DNA of 47,142 nucleotides from an uncultured virus (IMG/VR IMGVR_UViG_3300025767_000004) (taxonomy: Duplodnaviria; Heunggongvirae; Uroviricota; Caudoviricetes). Below the pieces are notes generated by a model, which saw only the letters and a list, made by a program, of their open reading frames with translations, was not told where the DNA came from and searched no databases. Shown here one piece after another: positions 37,754 to 45,885 of the stretch. Within the stretch, counting starts at the first letter, position 1. Each line of letters starts with the position of its first letter. The position numbers were made by a program, and so were the translations under genes. The DNA is taken from the IMG/VR virus record IMGVR_UViG_3300025767_000004, one strand, 5' to 3'.

Positions 37754-39276
37754 ATAATATATTCTTTAATCATTTCAGTTATTGATTTTTTCTTATAACA
37801 ATAGTCTAACACAAACCTACCTAATTCAGTGGCTGAATATCGACATAAGTGCATCGTTTTATTAAACTTTAGATATATTTCTTCTAATAGTTTACTGTGC
37901 CATTTAATGTGTGCAACTTCAATCCATTCGTCCTCATTAGGATTATATGACACTAATTCTCGGTCGTCCTTAAATCTTTGGTCACCCTCTAAATAATCAA
38001 CACTATGAGATAAATCATTTAAAGCCAAATGATGCCCAGTTGCTAAAACCACATACGCCCTTGATAATGTCACTTTACTAGCAGAACCTTGCAACTTAAA
38101 ACGTGTATAAAACGACCTAATAGGGAATTGAGTAAAAACATTTTCTCTTCTAGGTTCTATTAACCCTTCAGGTGAAAATCTATCAATCATCCACCCATTA
38201 ACGTGATTAGCATCACTATTTAAGACCTCCCGAATAAAGTCGGTCGACACATCAACAAACTCATCCGCATCTACCGTCCATATAAATTCATACTCGTTAT
38301 CAGCAATCTCTCTTTTATACTTATTTTTCAATAGAGCTTCACGTCGAGTAGTATAAGGCTCATCCCAATGATTAACAATAGTCGCCATTTGACTTACATA
38401 ATCATAAATCTCTCCTCTCTCAGTCCCATAGTCATGGTAAATACAATAGAAATCAGTAACCCCGATTCCTTTATAGTGCGCAAAGAACTCTATCATTAAA
38501 TTAAGGTCCTGTAATTCCCACACGATAAATAAAAGTTTCATTCTTAATGGTTTTTTAATTGTATTAACCTCTTGGAAGTCCGTTTTAATTAAAAGTTCTA
38601 ACTCACCCCTATAATCATCATTGGAACCGTCATTCACTAAGACACTTTCTAATCTATTTTCTGACTCATCAATAATACCATTCACCCACTTATAATGCCA
38701 TATAAAACCATTATATGGGAACCTCTTTAGTTTCATTATTTGCTCCGATTGTTCTATCACATCATGATGACCCAATCCTAATATCACATCTCTTCTTGAT
38801 AAGCTAACCTTAGTCGTAGTACCTCTTAAAACATCCCACGTATAGTTACTATAAAGTGGGAACGTATCACTAATATCTTCTTCAATCGTAATATTACCCA
38901 ACCCATCTTCTGAAAATCTGTCAATTAATGAAAAATTTACGTAGTTCGCATCACTACTCATTATTCGACCCAAATCCTTTTTGTTTATATCAACAAACTC
39001 ATCACAATCAACAACAAATGACCATTCATCTCTATCACTATATTTTAACCTAACCCGATTTATCGTATCGACCTTAACTCTCTCATCAAATTGTCCATCC
39101 ATGATTCTTACAACCATAGAGTTTTCCATAACGTACTCTAAAACATCTCTACTCACTTCATCATACGAGTGATAAATCGCATAGAATTCTGTCACACCTA
39201 TCTTACGATAGTGCTTAAAAAAATGAAATAGTCTTTCTTTATTTTCTCGACTATTAAAAACAAAGAATAGTTTCAT
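37750..39276 (-). CDS. Tandem two-domain glycosyltransferase (Glyco_tranf_2_4/GT92-like)
   Basis: Duplicated halves FF.HY..IGVT.FY, VDCDEFV / VDADEFV, IDRFS, K..LSR, GHH, H.KW. Confidence 0.85.
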   Translation of the reverse strand: MKLFFVFNSRENKERLFHFFKHYRKIGVTEFYAIYHSYDEVSRDVLEYVMENSMVVRIMDGQFDERVKVDTINRVRLKYSDRDEWSFVVDCDEFVDINKKDLGRIMSSDANYVNFSLIDRFSEDGLGNITIEEDISDTFPLYSNYTWDVLRGTTTKVSLSRRDVILGLGHHDVIEQSEQIMKLKRFPYNGFIWHYKWVNGIIDESENRLESVLVNDGSNDDYRGELELLIKTDFQEVNTIKKPLRMKLLFIVWELQDLNLMIEFFAHYKGIGVTDFYCIYHDYGTERGEIYDYVSQMATIVNHWDEPYTTRREALLKNKYKREIADNEYEFIWTVDADEFVDVSTDFIREVLNSDANHVNGWMIDRFSPEGLIEPRRENVFTQFPIRSFYTRFKLQGSASKVTLSRAYVVLATGHHLALNDLSHSVDYLEGDQRFKDDRELVSYNPNEDEWIEVAHIKWHSKLLEEIYLKFNKTMHLCRYSATELGRFVLDYCYKKKSITEMIKEYII

Positions 39277-40199
39277 TAGAAGTATTTTTTTATTGTAGTT
39301 TGAATGAACTTATCATATAACTCATTATATACTGTTTTAGCACTTGCCTGGTACTTATATTTTTTACCTAACTTATCATTATCCGATAATATTGTATCAT
39401 TAAAGTTAAACTTCCTACCTTGGTTCTCAAACACTACAAATTTTTCATTATAACACTGTTTTATGTTCCATCCATTCTTATTGAGAAATCTACAACATTC
39501 CTGAACCCAATGGTCGTCTAACCCATATACCCCCAACTCATCGGGGATGTCAATAAAGTCAAATATATTACTCGAAAATATATTAAACCAACCTCCACCA
39601 ATAATAACGTCATCTATAAACCCAATCCTATTCTTTTGAGTTTTATATAAATTATTTTGCGTTAATGGGTTAAGTTTTTTAAAGTAATGTCGGTCTTTAA
39701 TATTCCTATACTTTGGGTGTGTTAACTCATCAAAATGTGAGTTCCATAACTTAGCTAACATCGCAGAGAAAATTAAATACTCCCCTTCAACCTTTTCTAG
39801 TGTCTCGTACACATACGATACAGACTCAGGATTGAAAACAATATCAACATCTATATACCCTATATAATCATAGTCATACTTAAACTCTCTTATTACTAAT
39901 CGTCTAGTGGAGTTTACACCCCACTCTCCCTCAGACCTTATATTACTAATGATATTAAGTGTTTTCTTACTAATTTCTAAAAAATTATTGAAGATATCTA
40001 TCACCACTTCTTTCGTCAGTTTTGAAGATTCCCAATCATAATACTCATCAGAAATATTTAAATCAATATAAAGGGTATTATTAACATTTTGATTATTTAG
40101 TGAAACTAATTCAAAATCCCTTATAATACGACCTAAATCATAAATCTCTTCAGGTAAAACATGTAACGCGTATATTATACTGTAACTTTCTCTTTTCAA
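39276..40199 (-). CDS. GT-A (GT2-like) glycosyltransferase
   Basis: YIDVDIVF, GGGWF, YGLDD. Confidence 0.75.
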   Translation of the reverse strand: MKRESYSIIYALHVLPEEIYDLGRIIRDFELVSLNNQNVNNTLYIDLNISDEYYDWESSKLTKEVVIDIFNNFLEISKKTLNIISNIRSEGEWGVNSTRRLVIREFKYDYDYIGYIDVDIVFNPESVSYVYETLEKVEGEYLIFSAMLAKLWNSHFDELTHPKYRNIKDRHYFKKLNPLTQNNLYKTQKNRIGFIDDVIIGGGWFNIFSSNIFDFIDIPDELGVYGLDDHWVQECCRFLNKNGWNIKQCYNEKFVVFENQGRKFNFNDTILSDNDKLGKKYKYQASAKTVYNELYDKFIQTTIKKYF

Positions 40200-41341
40200 A
40201 ATAAATCAGTGAATTTACTAATTAATGACTTTTTTGGTGTGTGTATTTTTTTATAATCCTCAACTATTTGGTCATAAAGTTCTGTAATCTTCATATTATA
40301 ACAACCTTCACCTTGTACTGGATGAATATATTGAATCCCATCTATAGTATCTCTATTTTCCCAGTATTCATTAAACGCTTCAGCACCAACCCAATTTAAA
40401 AAATTAGTATCATTCATTCCTTTAATCGTATAGTCGTGTCCAAATCCCCACATCATCCAAACGGTTTCGTCACACAGTAACTCATCATATAAACAAGTTA
40501 AAGCGTATTTCCCATACCCCTCTTCTCTAAAATGTTTTTTACCATATACAAATAAACACGAAAGATACCATTGTTCGTTATCTAAAAAATTATGTAATAC
40601 TTCACTATCAGTACCCGCATTTCTCATAAAATAATCGACATAGTGTTTTTGTGGTATATTGGAATTTAAATCACTTCTTCTACTCCAAAAAACATTATTC
40701 GCAGTGTCCGGGTCGTGAGCCATTATTAACCCATCATATCCATTATCATAGTGCTCTAACATCTGAGCATAAATGTTTGTCCTCTTTCCCGTTGGATTGT
40801 ACCAAAAAGCATCTGTATCTACAACACTCACAACATCATAATTAGCCAAGTGAGGATGAGATGTTAAACCATACTTTAACGACAATCCATCATTGACGGG
40901 TATCACAGAACCTTCAGGAAGTAACCTCTCGATAAGTGAAGAACCAACATCATTCACAAATCCCTTACCTAAGAAAATTTTAATATCAAAGTCTAAGACA
41001 TCAGTATAAACCAATTGTGAAATAATCGATAAATAAAGGAATTTTAAATAACTATGATTCCCCCATACTTGGTATACCACACATAACCTCGAACCCTCAG
41101 TTCTTTTAGGTCTTTCAGGTACGTTCTCCAAAAATGGTAAAACGTAGTCATTCATTGTGTGAAACTTCATATTATTGGACTTAGTCACATTCAATGAGTT
41201 TAATGCCCATTTTTCATTTGGTGACAACGCACTTCTAAGAACCTCTTTAGCCTTATCTAAGTCATCGAACGCCTCGATATGTCTCAAAGCTTCAATTATA
41301 CCGTCTTCTAACGTTTTTTTATCATTTAATGGTGTTAACAT
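40196..41341 (-). CDS. Putative GT-A-fold protein
   Basis: K..., VVDTDAF, DE, H; cluster context. Confidence 0.5.
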   Translation of the reverse strand: MLTPLNDKKTLEDGIIEALRHIEAFDDLDKAKEVLRSALSPNEKWALNSLNVTKSNNMKFHTMNDYVLPFLENVPERPKRTEGSRLCVVYQVWGNHSYLKFLYLSIISQLVYTDVLDFDIKIFLGKGFVNDVGSSLIERLLPEGSVIPVNDGLSLKYGLTSHPHLANYDVVSVVDTDAFWYNPTGKRTNIYAQMLEHYDNGYDGLIMAHDPDTANNVFWSRRSDLNSNIPQKHYVDYFMRNAGTDSEVLHNFLDNEQWYLSCLFVYGKKHFREEGYGKYALTCLYDELLCDETVWMMWGFGHDYTIKGMNDTNFLNWVGAEAFNEYWENRDTIDGIQYIHPVQGEGCYNMKITELYDQIVEDYKKIHTPKKSLISKFTDLF

Positions 41342-41351
41342 ATCTTATATA

Positions 41352-42290
41352 TTAGTAGTAAAACCAACTAGTGGTTATATTATTGAATCCGTTTTTTCTT
41401 AAGAAATCTGTAATGACTTTCCTAAACATCGGGTCGAATTTTCTTTCACCCGTAAAATGTATTATTTTTGATTTATTTAATGATTCCTGTATTGGACTAT
41501 CAAAGAAATAACCTAAATCAGGACCTAACCTAAACACAGGTTCAGGACTATAACAATGAGTCATAATACTCAAAAAACTCTGCTCTTGCGTATCGTATAA
41601 CCTCTTTTCTACGTCAGACATAAAAGTCTTATCGGATTTAAACTCAAATAAGTTAAGTAAACTTTTAATATCCCCAATAAACGGATGAAATACCGAGTTT
41701 AAATTGATACCCATAAATCCAGCGTTTACCCCAACTCCGTTATAATTGTTTTTATAATACTCTTTAGAAATATCATACCCAAAATACTCGGATAATTTAT
41801 AGAACATTCCTTTATCTGATATCGGACATTTAGTCTCATCAATGACAAAAGACCTATTGTTCAATACTAACCCATCAATCTCCGATAATTCCATACCTAT
41901 TTTATCATTAAAATAAACATCGTCATCATACGTTATAAGATATTCAATACCTTTTTCCTGCATTAAATAATAATACAAAAGTACGTGATATATATGAATG
42001 AAATTTCTTAATCCAGAAAATTCATCTTTAGTTAATAAGTTATTCTTAATATACCATTCAGATAAATCATCCATAGTATAAAAATTAATCGTCATTGGGA
42101 AACCTTCCCTATGTGGCGTCGATAATTTATCTATCTCTTTAGTCCAATCGTCTTCAAACGACCAATCGTCAATCAATATATTCGCCTCAATTTCAAAATC
42201 CCAAAACTCCTTTGATAATTGGAGTAATGAGAAGTACTGTTGAATACCTCTTTTTTTCCATAGTCTAGATACTACTACTTTCCTACTCAT
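41352..42290 (-). CDS. GT-A (GT8-like) glycosyltransferase
   Basis: YDDDVYF, NAGF, EQSFL, IIHFTG..K. Confidence 0.75.
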   Translation of the reverse strand: MSRKVVVSRLWKKRGIQQYFSLLQLSKEFWDFEIEANILIDDWSFEDDWTKEIDKLSTPHREGFPMTINFYTMDDLSEWYIKNNLLTKDEFSGLRNFIHIYHVLLYYYLMQEKGIEYLITYDDDVYFNDKIGMELSEIDGLVLNNRSFVIDETKCPISDKGMFYKLSEYFGYDISKEYYKNNYNGVGVNAGFMGINLNSVFHPFIGDIKSLLNLFEFKSDKTFMSDVEKRLYDTQEQSFLSIMTHCYSPEPVFRLGPDLGYFFDSPIQESLNKSKIIHFTGERKFDPMFRKVITDFLRKNGFNNITTSWFYY

Positions 42291-43314
42291 TGTAAAAATC
42301 TGCCATTATTTTAATCCACTCTTCTTTATTGTCGAACTTTTTAAGAAAATTTTTAGCGGATTTAAATATCAATTCTCTCGTCTCTTTTTTTGTGTTCTTA
42401 ATTCTTTTAACCACATTTTCGAATTCTTCTTTTGAAGAAACCCTATACGGATAATTAAACTCAGGACACCAGTTCTTATGTATTATCGGCAACTTACCTC
42501 CGTCAACCGACTGAAAGATAGAATAACCAAAAGGTTCTTTAACATACGCACCGTGAAATATACCGAACAAATTACTCCTATAGTAATCTTCAATCTTATT
42601 AGGTGTGTACTCAATTATTTTTGTTTTATTAAATTTAGTCTTTGTATTTTTCTCCCAAATCTTTACACCTTTGGATGATGTAAACGCGTTTGACCTGACA
42701 TTCTCCAAAAAGTGAATCGCCTTTCTGGTCTCTGCTCTCGCAGCGAAACCAACAACATTATTATCATAATAATCGTCATTCCATATAAACTCATAGTAGT
42801 TTGGTATCGTAATACAATCTTTAAAGATAGTATTAACTAATCCTCTTTGAGAACCAATCCAATACTTTCTCTTATTCGCTCGTATTAAATCGTCTTGCCA
42901 CTCAACATCCCAAAGAAAAGGTACCGAATCTCTAGAGAACCCTAACTCTTTATATGAGTCAACTATTTCCCTAGCGTATGCATGTACCGCAACACTATCA
43001 AACTTATGTCTATACTTCCATAAATGAGGTCTTTTAGTGTAGTGATTGTGTAGAAAATGTATTTTACGACAACCCTGTAGTAAGTTCTCAGTCTCTAAAG
43101 GACTTTGATTATAAAAAATAAAGTCTATCGGTATTGATGAATCGTCAAACCCCTCAAAACGATGGTTATCAATCAATAACACAGGTTTAACATTTAAATG
43201 TTGTGGTATTTCTTTTAACCAATTATTTACCCACACATCAGAACCACCACCTACTGTATTACCAGCACCTGTTGTAACATACACATCATAAAGTAATTCT
43301 CTACGTCTTTTCAT
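42283..43314 (-). CDS. GT-B (GT4-like) glycosyltransferase
   Basis: GGGSD, R...RK, EPFGYSIFQSVDGGKLPII. Confidence 0.8.
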   Translation of the reverse strand: MKRRRELLYDVYVTTGAGNTVGGGSDVWVNNWLKEIPQHLNVKPVLLIDNHRFEGFDDSSIPIDFIFYNQSPLETENLLQGCRKIHFLHNHYTKRPHLWKYRHKFDSVAVHAYAREIVDSYKELGFSRDSVPFLWDVEWQDDLIRANKRKYWIGSQRGLVNTIFKDCITIPNYYEFIWNDDYYDNNVVGFAARAETRKAIHFLENVRSNAFTSSKGVKIWEKNTKTKFNKTKIIEYTPNKIEDYYRSNLFGIFHGAYVKEPFGYSIFQSVDGGKLPIIHKNWCPEFNYPYRVSSKEEFENVVKRIKNTKKETRELIFKSAKNFLKKFDNKEEWIKIMADFYNE

Positions 43315-43322
43315 CTAATTAG

Positions 43323-44252
43323 TTATTTTAAAAACTCTATGAGTTCTTTAAAGTTATTTTTAGTATCCATCATTTCATCTAAATAAATGTGGGTTATAGA
43401 ATCTTTACTAACATACCCATAATCCTCATCGAACGGTGGTTTATTGATAAAACCCCCTTTAAAAAACTTATCCTTATGTGAACTAACAACACCCGCCATA
43501 TGTAGAATTTTAGACTCTTCCCATTTTGATATGTTATCTGTGGCCCATCTAAAGTCTAACTCTTTATGTATTTCGGTTGTAACACCTCTTTTCCATAATA
43601 ACCATAGAACACACCACATCTCTGAAGTCCATGACTGTATTGTCGGTTTATAATCGTTATACGTTGGGTGTTTTACCATTAGGTTATACAACCCCGTACA
43701 CTTCTCTTCAACTTCTTTGAAATATCCTAATAAATCATCAACCCCCTTATAGTAAAGTTGGGCCCCACCTGATTGGTCGTTCTTTTCAATAATTTCTTCC
43801 AATGTTACACCCACATATTTCGCCATATCTTCTATAATACGGTCACCCTTAGTTCTCAAATATTGATAACCTAAATAACCTTTGGTATCACTACAATAAA
43901 CAGTATTGTCTTCTGTGAATAATGAGTAATCAATAGTCTCCCTAAGTATGATATCTGAATCAATTAACATTAGGTCTTTTTGTTGAGTATCTTGCTCAAG
44001 ATACTTGACAACCCCGTGTATTTTTAATGTTGGTATGTATGACTTTTCTTTTCTTTTATCTTCATAATAAAAGACATTGTTTGGGTACATTTCTTTAAAC
44101 TTAACCACAAATTCTGAGGGACTCTTACCTTCAGTATATAAAAATACCGCACGATGAGACTCTAAAATTCCCAACTTTTTAAAGTTGTTGAATTGTATAA
44201 TATTCTGCCAATGAAAATATTGGACGTCTGGTTGGGAACATATGGTTATCAT
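43323..44252 (-). CDS. Peptidyl-serine galactosyltransferase / hydroxyproline arabinosyltransferase (GT96/GT95)-like protein
   Basis: YFHWQ, YIPTLKIHGV, IDSDIILR, GYL, GG, WTSEM, ILH. Confidence 0.7.
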   Translation of the reverse strand: MITICSQPDVQYFHWQNIIQFNNFKKLGILESHRAVFLYTEGKSPSEFVVKFKEMYPNNVFYYEDKRKEKSYIPTLKIHGVVKYLEQDTQQKDLMLIDSDIILRETIDYSLFTEDNTVYCSDTKGYLGYQYLRTKGDRIIEDMAKYVGVTLEEIIEKNDQSGGAQLYYKGVDDLLGYFKEVEEKCTGLYNLMVKHPTYNDYKPTIQSWTSEMWCVLWLLWKRGVTTEIHKELDFRWATDNISKWEESKILHMAGVVSSHKDKFFKGGFINKPPFDEDYGYVSKDSITHIYLDEMMDTKNNFKELIEFLK

Positions 44253-44256
44253 AAAT

Positions 44257-44296
44257 AAAAAAGTCTTAATATTACTAATGATATTAAGACTTTTTT
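44257..44296. terminator. Perfect 16-bp inverted repeat / terminator-like hairpin
   Basis: AAAAAAGTCTTAATAT-N8-ATATTAAGACTTTTTT. Confidence 0.75.
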
Positions 44297-44325
44297 AAAT
44301 GTAAATTAATTATGTTGTGATTTTA

Positions 44326-45609
44326 TCAAAACGGGGTTATTCCATCACTACACGTATTATCGTTATCACATAGTTGGTTACTATTCACATAACCTTGTAT
44401 AAACGAATATCTCTCATCACCTGTTGGTCTAACCCATGGACCCCATTGACCATTAGGTTGTTTAATCGCAATTTGGTCACCACTTAATGTCGAACAATAA
44501 TTATGTGACTTTACCGGATTATCTTCTCTATCATTATTGAAATCAATAATATCCGTACTACCCGCAGGTACAAAGTATTGAGATTCTGGGTTATCAACCG
44601 GACTAATATTAGGTAATCCCCTTTGTATCGCAAAATTACCATATCCAGGGAATGTACTATCCGAAGTATCAACAGTCACAGTTCTACAATACGCATCTTG
44701 ACCATCAGGTATTCTTATTGTCGTCGTTGTCGTTGTAATATCAATTAATTCAGTAACCCCATTCACTTTACACTCGATTTCCTCTAAACTGTTGCTAAAC
44801 CCTTCGGGTACGGTTATGATAACGTTATAATCATACGAACCTTTTTGATATGTCGATGGCATTACTCTATAAATTAAGTTACTAAGATTATATGAAACTA
44901 AAGCAGTTACAGGGTCACCAAAAACCCCTGGTCTAATACTAACGAACAAACCTTCAGTATCACACGTAAATGTTGGTAATACTCTTACTGTTGATGTTGT
45001 AGTAGTCTCTTTGGCTCTAGTAAATAAAGTTTTAGGACATTTTATCATTTCCTCAGAGTTAGAATATCCTTCAGGTACTCTAAACTCAAACAGATACTCC
45101 TTACTACCTTCAACATAAGTTGATGGTTCCACACTAATAACATTCAATACTTCACCATTAAAGGTCGCAACATAAGTCACGTTCTCTCCGACAGAACCCT
45201 CACTAACACTTATAACTAAACCGTCATTTTCACAATCAAACATCGGTAGAGCTTTAGTCGTAGTTGTTGTCGTCGTAGGTTCCTCGGTCGTTGTTGTTGT
45301 TGTAGTACGTGCCGTAGTCGTTGTTGTTGTAGTAGGTTCCTCGGTCGTAGTTGTTGTCGTAGTAGGTTCCTCAGTCGTTGTTGTTGTCGTAGGCGCAATA
45401 CCGTCCTCAACAGTCTTTATGAATTGACAATCCCCGTCACAATCGAATATATAATCCCCATTTATTTCTTTAACACCATATTGTGTTGGGTCAAAAGTAT
45501 ATGGAAATGTTACCTCCCCTATGTTTATTGCTTGACCATTATTAAGGGATATCCTTAAACTACATCCCGTATTTACTTGACTATTAAATGTTACTACTTG
45601 ATTCGACAT
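44326..45609 (-). CDS. Mucin-like Thr-rich modular protein (putative virion fibre/decoration)
   Basis: (T6-8 EEP)n linker, two ~75-aa Cys-bounded repeats (FxC..GL...PSTY..GS..Y...VPEG.SNS.E.I.C). Confidence 0.75.
   Translation of the reverse strand: MSNQVVTFNSQVNTGCSLRISLNNGQAINIGEVTFPYTFDPTQYGVKEINGDYIFDCDGDCQFIKTVEDGIAPTTTTTTEEPTTTTTTTEEPTTTTTTTARTTTTTTTEEPTTTTTTTKALPMFDCENDGLVISVSEGSVGENVTYVATFNGEVLNVISVEPSTYVEGSKEYLFEFRVPEGYSNSEEMIKCPKTLFTRAKETTTTSTVRVLPTFTCDTEGLFVSIRPGVFGDPVTALVSYNLSNLIYRVMPSTYQKGSYDYNVIITVPEGFSNSLEEIECKVNGVTELIDITTTTTTIRIPDGQDAYCRTVTVDTSDSTFPGYGNFAIQRGLPNISPVDNPESQYFVPAGSTDIIDFNNDREDNPVKSHNYCSTLSGDQIAIKQPNGQWGPWVRPTGDERYSFIQGYVNSNQLCDNDNTCSDGITPF
45256..45393 (-). repeat. 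Poly-Thr/EEP coding repeat
   Basis: PTTTTTTEEPTTTTTTTEEPTTTTTTTARTTTTTTTEEPTTTTTTT. Confidence 0.9.
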
Positions 45610-45635
45610 TACTTATTATTTTTTATTATTTTATA

Positions 45636-45872
45636 CTAACTTAATGTTATTGTTATATCGTCATTACAACGATTATTTATTTCTCTAATGAATTTACAAC
45701 GACCTTTTTTAAATAAATACACCCCATTAGTGGTATTAACACCGTAATCATACATATTGAATGTATACGGAAAAGAAACGTCACTAATCGTAATAGTAGT
45801 CCCGTTAATTAAACTAACCTCTAACTCAAAATTACCTGTATTTTCACTATAGAATGTTATACTACTTTTCAT
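45636..45872 (-). CDS. Stand-alone paralogue of the N-terminal domain of 44326-45609
   Basis: SL.NG..I.I..V.FPYTF....YGV...NG.Y.F...C.FI shared. Confidence 0.75.
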   Translation of the reverse strand: MKSSITFYSENTGNFELEVSLINGTTITISDVSFPYTFNMYDYGVNTTNGVYLFKKGRCKFIREINNRCNDDITITLS

Positions 45873-45885
45873 AATAATAAATATC

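Noticed and set aside
36302..44252. GT cluster as a DNA hypermodification locus
   Set aside because: Not excluded but disfavoured: no hydroxymethylase, TET/JBP or nucleotide kinase adjacent, and the neighbours are Thr-rich structural-type genes
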